Shown here piece by piece: positions 40,775-50,108 of a stretch of DNA of 64,000 nt. Every line of letters starts with the position of its first letter. The stretch's first letter is position 1. The stretch spans positions 38,995 to 102,994 of the forward strand of contig JAGVIE010000025.1 in the NCBI GenBank assembly GCA_020056225.1. Direction: 5' to 3'. Made by a program: the position numbers and the translations under genes. The stretch comes from Bacteroidota bacterium. GTDB taxonomy: Bacteria > Bacteroidota > Ignavibacteria > UBA10030 > SZUA-254. Below the pieces are notes generated by a model. It was given only the letters and a program-made list of their open reading frames with translations. It ran no database searches and was not told the DNA's origin.

Positions 40775-41243
40775 CTTCTTTACCTCTTAATATTGTTGTT
40801 ATACGTCTTATAACATAATCTGTATTTCTTATTATATCTGATTCCCAAAATCTTGCAACTTGCAATCCCATTCTTTTTAAAGATTTTGTATTGTTTCTGT
40901 CGTGAATTTTATTATTCCCAATTTTAGCTATCCAATACTTCGAGTTTGTGCCTCGTTGTAAATTTCTTTTTAACGTTCTCCAATACCGGCCATGCCAAAA
41001 GTCACCATCACAAAATACTGCTAACCGTTCAGACGGAAAAACGATATCTGGCTTGCCAGGCAAAGATTTTACATGCCTCTTAAATTTCAATCCCTGCTTG
41101 TTCAATTCGCTCATCAGAAGCAGTTCATGCTTTGTCTTTGTGCTTTTGTTTGCACGTTTTGAAAACGAGGCAATCTCGGATGCAGGTTTCAATCCTTTAT
41201 AAGAAGGGGCACTCTTCTTCCTTATGTTCGATGATCGTGTCAT
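40764..41243 (-). CDS. vsr: Very-short-patch repair endonuclease
   Basis: TKHELLL, LPGKPDIVF, FCDGDFWHG, YWIAKI..N, RFWE; linked to a C5 methylase. Confidence 0.9.
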   Translation of the reverse strand: MTRSSNIRKKSAPSYKGLKPASEIASFSKRANKSTKTKHELLLMSELNKQGLKFKRHVKSLPGKPDIVFPSERLAVFCDGDFWHGRYWRTLKRNLQRGTNSKYWIAKIGNNKIHDRNNTKSLKRMGLQVARFWESDIIRNTDYVIRRITTILRGKEDGD

Positions 41244-41376
41244 TAGTTACCGATGGAAGATACAAAAAAAAAGAGAATATTGCATACTGATCCCTTGTAA
41301 TATTTACCTTCCAACTCTTTAAATCGTAATGTACAATTTAGCACAAATTTCTTGTCAGCTTCAAACCAACAGTTGC

Positions 41377-41528
41377 AAAAGTCCCCTCTTCCATAGCCCT
41401 AACTTTGGTGAGAGGGGATTTTCCGCCAGAGGCGGATGCGCCTCCGGCGCAAGGGGTGTGTCGCATGAGCCACGAGCTCTGCTTTATAACTACACACCCC
41501 TGTAGTCCCCTCTCAAGAGGGGACTTTT
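41377..41528. repeat. 152-bp MITE/REP-like element with perfect 14-bp terminal inverted repeats
   Basis: aaaagtcccctctt / aagaggggactttt; inner ggggtgtgt / acacacccc; nested ccgccagaggcggatgcgcctccggcgca. Confidence 0.75.
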
Positions 41529-42411
41529 AAATCAGCACCCCATCCTTCCATCCAAGCTTGATAAGCTCAATCTTCTTCATATCGGCTACACCAACTCCAT
41601 GCTTATGCTCTGCTGCTGCAATATGTTTTGGTGACGGGCGTATTGGCAAGTCTCCCTTGAAATACTGCCGCCGTTTTGCCTCGATTATTTTCAGCCCAAC
41701 CGAGTCGAGCGCTACCGGATCCGTCCCAACAAGCAATCCTTTGTATTGCCAGATAAATTCTTTATCAAAATGATGAGGTCCAAGACAATTAAACTGCGGC
41801 GTCATCATCAAAAGAACATTTAACCGCGTTTTACCTTTCACAATCGGAAGGTTGTACAAACTCCCCAGATCAACACACGAGTCGGGATGAAGATCCGACG
41901 GCTCGGGGGCGAACATAATATAATTCTTCAAACAGCCGCTCACACCTGCCCAATGATGCGCCCGCATCGGGCGTGAATTAATCAATGCAGTTGCCTTAAG
42001 GAAGACGGGGTTTTGTAAAACACCTTGGTCATCGATGCTGATATTTGCCTCCTGAACACCGACAGACCTGAGCCGAGATTTCAGTGTGTTCTCAACTTCT
42101 GCCGGCGTGGGTAAATACTTCCACCTGTTCGATTTTATACCAACAATATCCGTCGGCTTGATGATCTGCTTCCATGCCGCTTCGGGGGTTTTCGCATCGA
42201 ACAATTTTATCATCGCTTCATCGAGCATCTGCTCAAAAATCTTCTGATCGATCTTTCCGTCTTTATCTACAATGTTCTGGTGACGAATAAGTATGACCTT
42301 TGATTTCTTTTCCAATGCTTGATTTGCAAATAATGGTACCCCCGCGGTGGCTATGAGTGCGGCAGCGCCTGTCTTGCGAAGAAAATCCCTGCGAGTAATT
42401 ATGTGTGTCAT
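41527..42411 (-). CDS. Tat-exported DUF362-like protein
   Basis: TRRDFL signal; VGIKSN, GVSGCLKN, GTDPVALD, HI..A...GVG. Confidence 0.75.
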   Translation of the reverse strand: MTHIITRRDFLRKTGAAALIATAGVPLFANQALEKKSKVILIRHQNIVDKDGKIDQKIFEQMLDEAMIKLFDAKTPEAAWKQIIKPTDIVGIKSNRWKYLPTPAEVENTLKSRLRSVGVQEANISIDDQGVLQNPVFLKATALINSRPMRAHHWAGVSGCLKNYIMFAPEPSDLHPDSCVDLGSLYNLPIVKGKTRLNVLLMMTPQFNCLGPHHFDKEFIWQYKGLLVGTDPVALDSVGLKIIEAKRRQYFKGDLPIRPSPKHIAAAEHKHGVGVADMKKIELIKLGWKDGVLI

Positions 42412-43286
42412 GGTAATCTCCTCTTGAATGTTTCAAGTGAAATCATTGCTTGTTCTTTTGTAGGTACATCGAACATTATGACGAAATAATTTTTCTCTTT
42501 CGTACAAGTTGTCCACTTTTCGTTTTCGGTCTTAACGATACCCGATTCCTTGCTATCAGGCATATAGTGAGTCAGAAAGCTATTATAAGCGGAATCGGTT
42601 TGTTCTTTGTTCGGATAACCGGCAAGCAGAAGGTAACTACTATCTTTCTTCGATCTTACAAGAACACCCTCAGTGCTATCATTTAGATTCAAAATGTTAC
42701 TATCCGCAACATAGAAGTGGATATTGAGGATCTCGTACCTGTAGAAATACCGCAAGCTCTTCTCAAGATATTTATTGAGCGGGATATGTTTGACTATATC
42801 CGGTCGTTTTCCTTCCGTTGGAATAGCACGTGCTATTTTCTCTCCCAGATCGAATATTGCCTTTGATGCTTGTGGATTCTCCTTTTCTACCCTGATGCAG
42901 ATGAAGTACTTGTCCTTCCAGAAACAAAGCAATCCCATTTTATATTCTCCATCCTGACCGATAGTCACGCTGGTTCCTCGTCCTTGCATGTATGTATAAA
43001 CGCCAAACGCATTCCGTGCGGATCCCATATCGAACACCTCAATCAGGATTTCTTCCTGATTCGGACACGCATATCGCTGAACAAGAAGTTTTTGGAAATT
43101 GTAAGAACGATATATTTCACCCGCACCGTCCATGTAATCAAATATTTCCTCACCTGTATAGATGCGCGACGAATCCGATGCTTTCCAGCAATCGATTGAA
43201 GGTGGAATGAATTTCTGCATAGCAGTTTGAGTTGTTGTATCTGATGAAGCCATAAAAAAAGATAGAAATATAAATAATGTTGTCAT
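42408..43286 (-). CDS. DUF6599-like periplasmic protein
   Basis: IFDYMDGAGEIY, EVFDMGS..NAFGVY, FWKDKYF; overlaps the next gene (ATGA). Confidence 0.65.
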   Translation of the reverse strand: MTTLFIFLSFFMASSDTTTQTAMQKFIPPSIDCWKASDSSRIYTGEEIFDYMDGAGEIYRSYNFQKLLVQRYACPNQEEILIEVFDMGSARNAFGVYTYMQGRGTSVTIGQDGEYKMGLLCFWKDKYFICIRVEKENPQASKAIFDLGEKIARAIPTEGKRPDIVKHIPLNKYLEKSLRYFYRYEILNIHFYVADSNILNLNDSTEGVLVRSKKDSSYLLLAGYPNKEQTDSAYNSFLTHYMPDSKESGIVKTENEKWTTCTKEKNYFVIMFDVPTKEQAMISLETFKRRLP

Positions 43287-43382
43287 ATTTATAGAGATAA
43301 AGTAATAATTGATGGATGATGCTACACATTTGGTGTTCCATTAACTATTCAGCAGCTGGATACACCACTCATATTGAACTCG

Positions 43383-43449
43383 ACTCCCACCCAAACCCTC
43401 CCCTTTCTCTAATTTTAGAGAAGGGGGAGAACAGGGAGAGGGATGAGTA
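43383..43449. repeat. C-rich/G-rich REP-like palindrome (possible terminator)
   Basis: actcccacccaaaccctcccctttctctaa ttt tagagaagggggag...gggatgagt downstream of the OPT gene. Confidence 0.55.
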
Positions 43450-43477
43450 TTTTTGCGTAACCTAAATTGATATTTTT

Positions 43478-45538
43478 TTATTTGACATTCTTTGATGGAA
43501 TCCTAATCAACAGGAATCCTATGATAGCTATGCAAACTAAACTCAGCAGATACATCGGCTCATCGAACATATGAAATATCTTAATCTCGGCAAAAGCGAG
43601 TCCGGCAAACAACAAACCGAGTAACGCTTCACCTGCGATGAGACCTGAAGATATCAGCACCCCGATATTATTCATCTTTTCTTTTGTACCAGCATCCAAC
43701 TTTCGTTTCTCTGCGATCTTATCGAGCAGTCCCTTCATCAATCCGCCCACGAAGATTGCAAAAGATGTATCGATTGGCAGGTACATACCGACGCTGATTA
43801 GCATGGGACTTTTTACCTGCATCATAATAAACGCAAAACCCATCAGCATGCCTACGATGATAAGAATAAATTCCGTCTTTGCTTCCACTATTCCTCGTGC
43901 GACAACAGCCATCAAGCTCGCTTGCGGCGCGGGCAATTTTTCTCCACCGAAACCGGCGCGCGTACCGAGGATATCGTTCTGTTGTTCTGGCGGTAATTGT
44001 TTTACTTCGTCAACCGTGTAAACCTTTCCATTTAATGTTGCGTCCTGCCCTTTGTATTCGACCGATGTTACTCCACTTTTTTGAAGCTTATCAAACTCAT
44101 TACCGACAACCTGCTTGATATCTCCCAAATGAAGCAACGACAAAATCAGAAACATAACTATCGCCGCCGCGGTCATGCCGAAGATATCGCCAACCTGCAT
44201 TCTCCAAGGCGTACAGCCGAGGATGTGACCGGCTTTCAAATCTTGCATCATCTCTCCGGCAACCGAGACGCTTGTACAGGTAAACGCCGCAACACCGAGC
44301 ACGGCTGCAATGGCGGCAACACCGGTCATTCCTAATCCAACCATAAGAAAAGCCACAACGATAAGTACCGAGACTGTCAGTCCGCTAGTTGGGTTATTGC
44401 TTACTCCGATGATACCGACAAGATAACCGGACACTGCCGCGAATACAAAACCGAGAAATAACATCACCACGGCGGCAACTGCGGCAGGTAAGAAACTCTG
44501 CGTAAAATAATTAAAAATGAAAAGCATGATGAGAGCAATAATCCCGATTACCAAAAGGGACCAACGGATGTTGATGTCTTTGTCGGTCCGTAAAATATTT
44601 GAATCATCCGAACCGGATTTTCTGAGATAAGAAAACGAGCGAGTTATACCTGTGAAAAGACTATTCCGCATTTTATACAATGTATAGAAAGCACCTACAA
44701 GCATTCCTCCGATCGCAATATAACGGACGTAGTTTTTCCAGATGGATGTAAGCTCCGCAGTCCAGTTACTTACAGCACCCGGATCGTCACGGTGTATGAA
44801 GTAAGCGATGATCGGTGTCAGCAATCCCCACGCAAGCACACCACCACTGAAGTTTATCGCACCAAGTTTCGGACCGATGATATAACCGACACCGAAGTAC
44901 GCCGGATTCATACCCGGTGCGCGAAGCATTAACACGCCTTTGGATAGCGACACTATCTTTTGCCATCCCGCCGCGATGAACTTGAATTCGACCAACGCAC
45001 TAAAAAAGGCACCGACACCCATCCCTGCAAATAGGAACCGTGAATTCTGGACACCACTCTGTCCCGATTTGTGGATTTCCGATGCCGCAATCGATTCAGG
45101 GAAGGGAAGCTCAGCATCTTCTACTAATACTCGTCTCAGTATCGTAACGAACATGATACCTAAAATGCCTGCAACGACCAGCATGATTGTTGAAAGGATG
45201 TAATGTTCGAGTGAGAAGAACGGATTCCAGATTGAAGCAATAAAAAATGCCGGTAATGTAAAGATGGCGCCTGTAGCGACATTCCCTCCAATCGATCCAA
45301 CAGTTCGTGCGGCATTTTCTTCGAGCAAAGTTCCTTTCATCGTTTTTAAAACTGCCATGCCGATGACAGCAGTTGTGTAAGTTGCAGCGATTGTCATTCC
45401 GGCTTTCAACCCGAGGTAGGCATTGGCAGCTCCCATCATTACTGCCATTAACACACCAAGGAACACAGCTCGGAATGTGAACTCTGCCATCTTTGTATCG
45501 GCAGAAACGAACGGAGTGAATTTTTTCTCTTCAGTCAT
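43478..45538 (-). CDS. OPT-family oligopeptide transporter
   Basis: ANAYLGLKAGMT, LPFPES, SNNPTSG, QDLKAGH, LPAPQA, GMYLP, GLIAGE. Confidence 0.93.
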   Translation of the reverse strand: MTEEKKFTPFVSADTKMAEFTFRAVFLGVLMAVMMGAANAYLGLKAGMTIAATYTTAVIGMAVLKTMKGTLLEENAARTVGSIGGNVATGAIFTLPAFFIASIWNPFFSLEHYILSTIMLVVAGILGIMFVTILRRVLVEDAELPFPESIAASEIHKSGQSGVQNSRFLFAGMGVGAFFSALVEFKFIAAGWQKIVSLSKGVLMLRAPGMNPAYFGVGYIIGPKLGAINFSGGVLAWGLLTPIIAYFIHRDDPGAVSNWTAELTSIWKNYVRYIAIGGMLVGAFYTLYKMRNSLFTGITRSFSYLRKSGSDDSNILRTDKDINIRWSLLVIGIIALIMLFIFNYFTQSFLPAAVAAVVMLFLGFVFAAVSGYLVGIIGVSNNPTSGLTVSVLIVVAFLMVGLGMTGVAAIAAVLGVAAFTCTSVSVAGEMMQDLKAGHILGCTPWRMQVGDIFGMTAAAIVMFLILSLLHLGDIKQVVGNEFDKLQKSGVTSVEYKGQDATLNGKVYTVDEVKQLPPEQQNDILGTRAGFGGEKLPAPQASLMAVVARGIVEAKTEFILIIVGMLMGFAFIMMQVKSPMLISVGMYLPIDTSFAIFVGGLMKGLLDKIAEKRKLDAGTKEKMNNIGVLISSGLIAGEALLGLLFAGLAFAEIKIFHMFDEPMYLLSLVCIAIIGFLLIRIPSKNVK

Positions 45539-45576
45539 ACTCTAGTACTTTCGATTGATGATATGAGTTATTAAAT

Positions 45577-47250
45577 TTATTTCACTACTGTTTTCTGAAT
45601 TAATATATCGGCACGCACTAATGCCTCGTTAAGATCACCACATATATTATCTTCACTCATTTGCTCCAGAAGACCCGACTGCTGGATAGCAAACAGAGGT
45701 TGTTTGTGTATTCCGGAAACGATTAAATGTATATGTTGATGTTTGAATTGATTTACTAAATCTTCAAGCGCATGCAAACCACTTGCATCTATAGCCAGGA
45801 GATTACTTGTTTCAAGAATAAGCACTTTCGGTTTCTTTTCGAGAAAGCGCATCGATTCAGTGAACTGATCGACTGCACCGAAGAAAAGCGTTCCGTAAAC
45901 TTCAAAAACCTCCACTCCATCCGGTATGATTCGGGTTGATAGTATCGATTCTTCCTCTTCCCTTTCTTCCTGTAAATCTCTCGTGATCGGATTTACATGG
46001 CTCACTTCCGACATCTTTCTCATAAAAAGCAATGCAGCCAGTACGATACCGACTTCAATCGCTACCGTAAGATCTACGATAATAGTCAATCCAAATGTTA
46101 CAATCATTACAGCCGAATCGCTTTTAGGACTTTTTAGGATCTTACGAAACGAGCGCCACTCACTCATGTTATATGATACCACGATAAGAATTGCCGCGAG
46201 TGTCGATAGCGGAATCAAAGACGCCCACTTACCAAAGAATAACATTATTAAAAACAAAACTATGGCATGAACAATACCAGCGACTGGTGTACGACCTCCG
46301 TTTTTTATATTCGTTGCTGTCCGGGCGATTGCACCTGTTGCCGGAAGTCCGAAAAACAGAGGAGACACGATATTAGCAGCACCCTGAGCAATCAATTCCA
46401 TATTGGATCTATGCCGGGTTCGAATCATACCATCGGCTACAACTGCGGACAATAACGATTCAATCGCACCCAGCAATGCAATCGTGATTGCAGGTGACAC
46501 TAAGCTTGTGATTGTCTGCCATGATACCTGTGGAATTCGAGGCGCGGGGAATGTATTCGGAACACTTCCAAATCTGCTTCCTATAGTTTCAACCGGAATC
46601 TGAAATATTTGAACTGTTGCCGTTGCCAGAATAATTGCAACCAATGCTCCGGGAATCCGGTGAGTAATCCGTGACCATATAACGATCAAGAGAAGAGATG
46701 AAATTCCAACAGCCGCCGTGTTGATATCCAGCGACTGGAAATTACCTGTATACACAACGCACTTCTCAATAAAATCGATCGGAAGATTTTGAATTTTCAA
46801 TCCGAAAAAATCTTTTATCTGCGATGAGAAGATGAGTATCGCAATCCCGCTCGTGAATCCGACGGTAAGAGGATAAGGAATAAATTTTAACAGAGTACCA
46901 AGCCGGGCAAATCCCATAATCATCAGAAATATTCCAGCCATTATGGTAGCAACAACCAGTCCGTCATATCCATAATTTTGAATGATGCCATAGATGATAA
47001 CAATGAACGCGCCGGTTGGACCAGCAATCTGAACACGACTTCCTCCGAAAAACGAGACTATCATGCCGGCAATGATTGCTGTGTATAGACCCTGTTCAGG
47101 TTTAGCACCGGATGCAATAGCAAATGCTATCGCCAGCGGCAATGCAACAATACCGACAATGATACCGGCGGTAAGGTCAGGTATGAATTGTTCTTTGGAA
47201 TAACCCTCTCGAAGAACTGTTACTAATTTGGGTTCGAATCGTTTCTGCAA
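45577..47250 (-). CDS. SulP/SLC26 anion permease with STAS domain
   Basis: GIVALPLAIAFAIASG, GGSRVQIAGPTGAF, GAIESLLSA, ATGAIART, C-terminal LFFGA...IDASG. Confidence 0.94.
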   Translation of the reverse strand: MQKRFEPKLVTVLREGYSKEQFIPDLTAGIIVGIVALPLAIAFAIASGAKPEQGLYTAIIAGMIVSFFGGSRVQIAGPTGAFIVIIYGIIQNYGYDGLVVATIMAGIFLMIMGFARLGTLLKFIPYPLTVGFTSGIAILIFSSQIKDFFGLKIQNLPIDFIEKCVVYTGNFQSLDINTAAVGISSLLLIVIWSRITHRIPGALVAIILATATVQIFQIPVETIGSRFGSVPNTFPAPRIPQVSWQTITSLVSPAITIALLGAIESLLSAVVADGMIRTRHRSNMELIAQGAANIVSPLFFGLPATGAIARTATNIKNGGRTPVAGIVHAIVLFLIMLFFGKWASLIPLSTLAAILIVVSYNMSEWRSFRKILKSPKSDSAVMIVTFGLTIIVDLTVAIEVGIVLAALLFMRKMSEVSHVNPITRDLQEEREEEESILSTRIIPDGVEVFEVYGTLFFGAVDQFTESMRFLEKKPKVLILETSNLLAIDASGLHALEDLVNQFKHQHIHLIVSGIHKQPLFAIQQSGLLEQMSEDNICGDLNEALVRADILIQKTVVK

Positions 47251-47336
47251 AAAGAAAATACTTTCAAAGATTGATTAAGAGAAATTGAATCACAAATACT
47301 AACAAATAGTTGACATATTAGCAAGTTTATTGGAAC

Positions 47337-47675
47337 TCAATCGATTATATAATTCATTTGTCTCAGCTTCACTATAACTCTTTCGAGTTGGTCACCCTGG
47401 ATTTCGATATTTCCATCTTTCACCGTTCCGCCGGCGCCGCAATACTGTTTTAATATACGCGCGATGTCTTCCATCGTTTTAGGATTGTGTTGTAAACCGG
47501 AAATTAGAGTTACCGTTTTACCCTTCCTTCCTTTCGCATCCAGTGATACACGAACTGACTTACCTTTTCCATCATGTCCGGATGCCGATGATTTGTCTGT
47601 AACCGGAGATCGTTTGGATTCAGGTAATATTTGTTTTAAATCGGAAAGTGATTTATATATTTTTCGATCATTCAT
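47337..47675 (-). CDS. yciH: SUI1/YciH-family translation factor
   Basis: KGRKGKTVTLISG...LKQYCGAGGTVKDGNIEIQGD. Confidence 0.9.
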   Translation of the reverse strand: MNDRKIYKSLSDLKQILPESKRSPVTDKSSASGHDGKGKSVRVSLDAKGRKGKTVTLISGLQHNPKTMEDIARILKQYCGAGGTVKDGNIEIQGDQLERVIVKLRQMNYIID

Positions 47676-47770
47676 AGCCTGTATCCTTTGCAGGTTGTGA
47701 TATGAATATAATAAAAATATCTTAAGATTATAAGTCTAAATACTGCAATTGCAAGATCAGTTCTTATCAC

Positions 47771-47807
47771 AAAAAAAATCCTGAACCTTTACCAGATCCA
47801 GGATTTC
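47771..47807 (-). terminator. Probable intrinsic terminator after tyrS
   Basis: aaatcctg...caggattt stem followed by a T8 run on the minus strand. Confidence 0.6.
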
Positions 47808-47976
47808 TCTAATCATGTGAATTATCTTTGAGGTTTAAACCTCCATGTGTAATAATAAAAACTCCATCTTACAAATCCAAAAATAAATACCAACTTGCTT
47901 CTTGTTTTACCTGAATTTCCTCAATGACTTCAAAACCTTAAAAAGAAGACTCAATCGGGCTGTAATTTCATTATAA

Positions 47977-49251
47977 TCAAGTAACCTGAATCAGGAAATA
48001 ATTCCTTGCGCCTTTTCTCATTACAATGAACTTCCCATGAAAGGCATCATCGATTCCTACTCTTTTCTCGACTTCAGCTATACGGACGTTATTAAGATAA
48101 ACGCCGCCGCCCTGAATCATGCGCCGCGCTTCACCTTTAGATTTTACTATTCCGGCAGTTACCATCAGATCAAGCACAGGTAATCCAAGACCGCCGAGCT
48201 GATCCTTCGATATTTCTGTTGAAGGTACATCGCTGAAAATATCTAATAATTCTTTTTCGTTCACGTCGGTGATCTCACCGCCGAAGAATATCTTCGTAGC
48301 CTTAATTGCCTGATTAAGAGCCGCTTCACCGTGCAGCATTTTAGTTACTTCCTGCGCGAGTGTAATTTGAGCTTCGCGTTTTTCCGGAGATTCTTTCTGT
48401 AGGTTATTGAGTTCATTGATTCTGTCTTTAGTCATGAGCGTGAAGAATTTTAAATATTTCACAACATCCCTGTCATCGGTGTTAAACCAGAATTGGTAGA
48501 ATTTATAAGGTGACGTTCTCTCAGCATCGAGCCAGATTGTTCCGCCTTCTGTTTTTCCGAACTTCACGCCGGACGAGGTTGTAATCAAAGGAAATACTAT
48601 CGCATGTACTTCCGCCCCTTTGTGTCTTCTTACCAGGTCGATGCCCGATGTAATATTGCCCCACTGATCGCTGCCGCCCATCTGGATCGTGCAATTGTAG
48701 CGGTTGTACAATTGAAGATAATCGTACGATTGCAGTAATGAATAACTGAATTCGGTGAACGACATCCCCTGCTCCTGCTCTATCCGTGCACGTACAGATT
48801 CTTTTGCAAGCATTTCATTTACAGAAAAATATTTGCCTACATCGCGCAAGAATTCCATCATCGACAGCTTCGTCAACCAATCGGCATTATTCACCAGTAT
48901 AGCAGGATTATCCTTTGCTTTAAAATCTAAAAACTGCGACAGCTGTTTTTTTATTCCTACAAGATTCGATTCTATGTCTTGGATTGAAAGGAGCTTTCGT
49001 TCCTGAGCTTTGCCGCTTGGGTCGCCGACCATTCCTGTTCCGCCACCTGCTATCGCAATAGGTATATGTCCGGCACGCTGGAGATGTACAAGTCCCATAA
49101 TCGGTAGAAGCGATCCCACATGCAAACTGTTTGCAGTAGGATCAAAACCGATATAAGCGGTAACCTTGTTTTTCGCAAGATGTTCCTGCACACCCGGTGT
49201 AGATGTATGAATAAACCCTCGCCACTCTAATTCCTGAAAAAAGTTATGCAT
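47977..49251 (-). CDS. tyrS: Tyrosine--tRNA ligase
   Basis: GFDPTANSLHVGS, GDPSGK, GGSDQWGNI, KFGKT, C-terminal S4 domain. Confidence 0.98.
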   Translation of the reverse strand: MHNFFQELEWRGFIHTSTPGVQEHLAKNKVTAYIGFDPTANSLHVGSLLPIMGLVHLQRAGHIPIAIAGGGTGMVGDPSGKAQERKLLSIQDIESNLVGIKKQLSQFLDFKAKDNPAILVNNADWLTKLSMMEFLRDVGKYFSVNEMLAKESVRARIEQEQGMSFTEFSYSLLQSYDYLQLYNRYNCTIQMGGSDQWGNITSGIDLVRRHKGAEVHAIVFPLITTSSGVKFGKTEGGTIWLDAERTSPYKFYQFWFNTDDRDVVKYLKFFTLMTKDRINELNNLQKESPEKREAQITLAQEVTKMLHGEAALNQAIKATKIFFGGEITDVNEKELLDIFSDVPSTEISKDQLGGLGLPVLDLMVTAGIVKSKGEARRMIQGGGVYLNNVRIAEVEKRVGIDDAFHGKFIVMRKGARNYFLIQVT

Positions 49252-49476
49252 TCAATCTTCCTATTAATCATCAAAATATCTTTGGAATGACAAATTACTA
49301 TCTTCTCATGGAAAAAACAAATAACTCCATATAAATTATGGAAGGATAGAATCATCTCCGGCTTAAGATAACTGCAACTGGAGAGGATATAATTTTTTCA
49401 ATTAACAACATTAATGAAAATAAATCTTGAAAATCAGTGAAGAATAATTTATCTTATCCATCCGAAAGAATTTCGT

Positions 49477-50088
49477 ATGCCTCTTATTGAAGATAAACCA
49501 AAATACTCTGCAAAAACGCTGATCATTATCGGCATACCTGCATTCCTTGCCGCGGTGGTTATTTCTACCGCATCGCACCAATATATTCATCACATCGCAG
49601 ATAATATTTTTGTCGGATCGAAAGAATATACTAATATGTTTTGTCCGGGCATTAAGCTTCACGGATTGTTTATGACTTCACCTGTTGCCGCCGCCGCCGG
49701 ACCGATCTGGACATTTTTTCTTGCCATCGTATCATTCGGACTATACCTGCATAACCCGCGTAATCTTTTTCTCGGCTCAATGGCGTTCGTAAATGCAAGC
49801 TCCAGAATGCCCGAAACTATTACATTGTTTCTTCAGTTATTGCTTCACAATAAAACAACATTACTTACCGATGAAAGCATTTCCCTCGTGCTGCTTAGAC
49901 TTAACGACCCGACGATATCCATTGTTTTATTATGCTTTTTCTCTCTGACAATTTTCTTCCTTACAATTACTATCGTGCATGATACTAAAACAGTTCCACT
50001 GAAATGGCTCATCGCTGCTATTTTATTTATCTTATTGATTCCGCTTCAGGATTTTCTGTGGAATAATATTGCGCAATTACTAAGTTGA
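49477..50088 (+). CDS. Integral membrane protein, M50-peptidase-like with degenerate HQxxH
   Basis: About 5 TM segments; HQYIH after the first TM; AAAGP motif. Confidence 0.5.
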   Translation: MPLIEDKPKYSAKTLIIIGIPAFLAAVVISTASHQYIHHIADNIFVGSKEYTNMFCPGIKLHGLFMTSPVAAAAGPIWTFFLAIVSFGLYLHNPRNLFLGSMAFVNASSRMPETITLFLQLLLHNKTTLLTDESISLVLLRLNDPTISIVLLCFFSLTIFFLTITIVHDTKTVPLKWLIAAILFILLIPLQDFLWNNIAQLLS

Positions 50089-50108
50089 GTAAGAATTGAT
50101 TTCATTTA

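Noticed and set aside
49252-49476. T-box riboswitch upstream of tyrS
   Set aside because: No T-box consensus or terminator/antiterminator found in this short AT-rich divergent spacer
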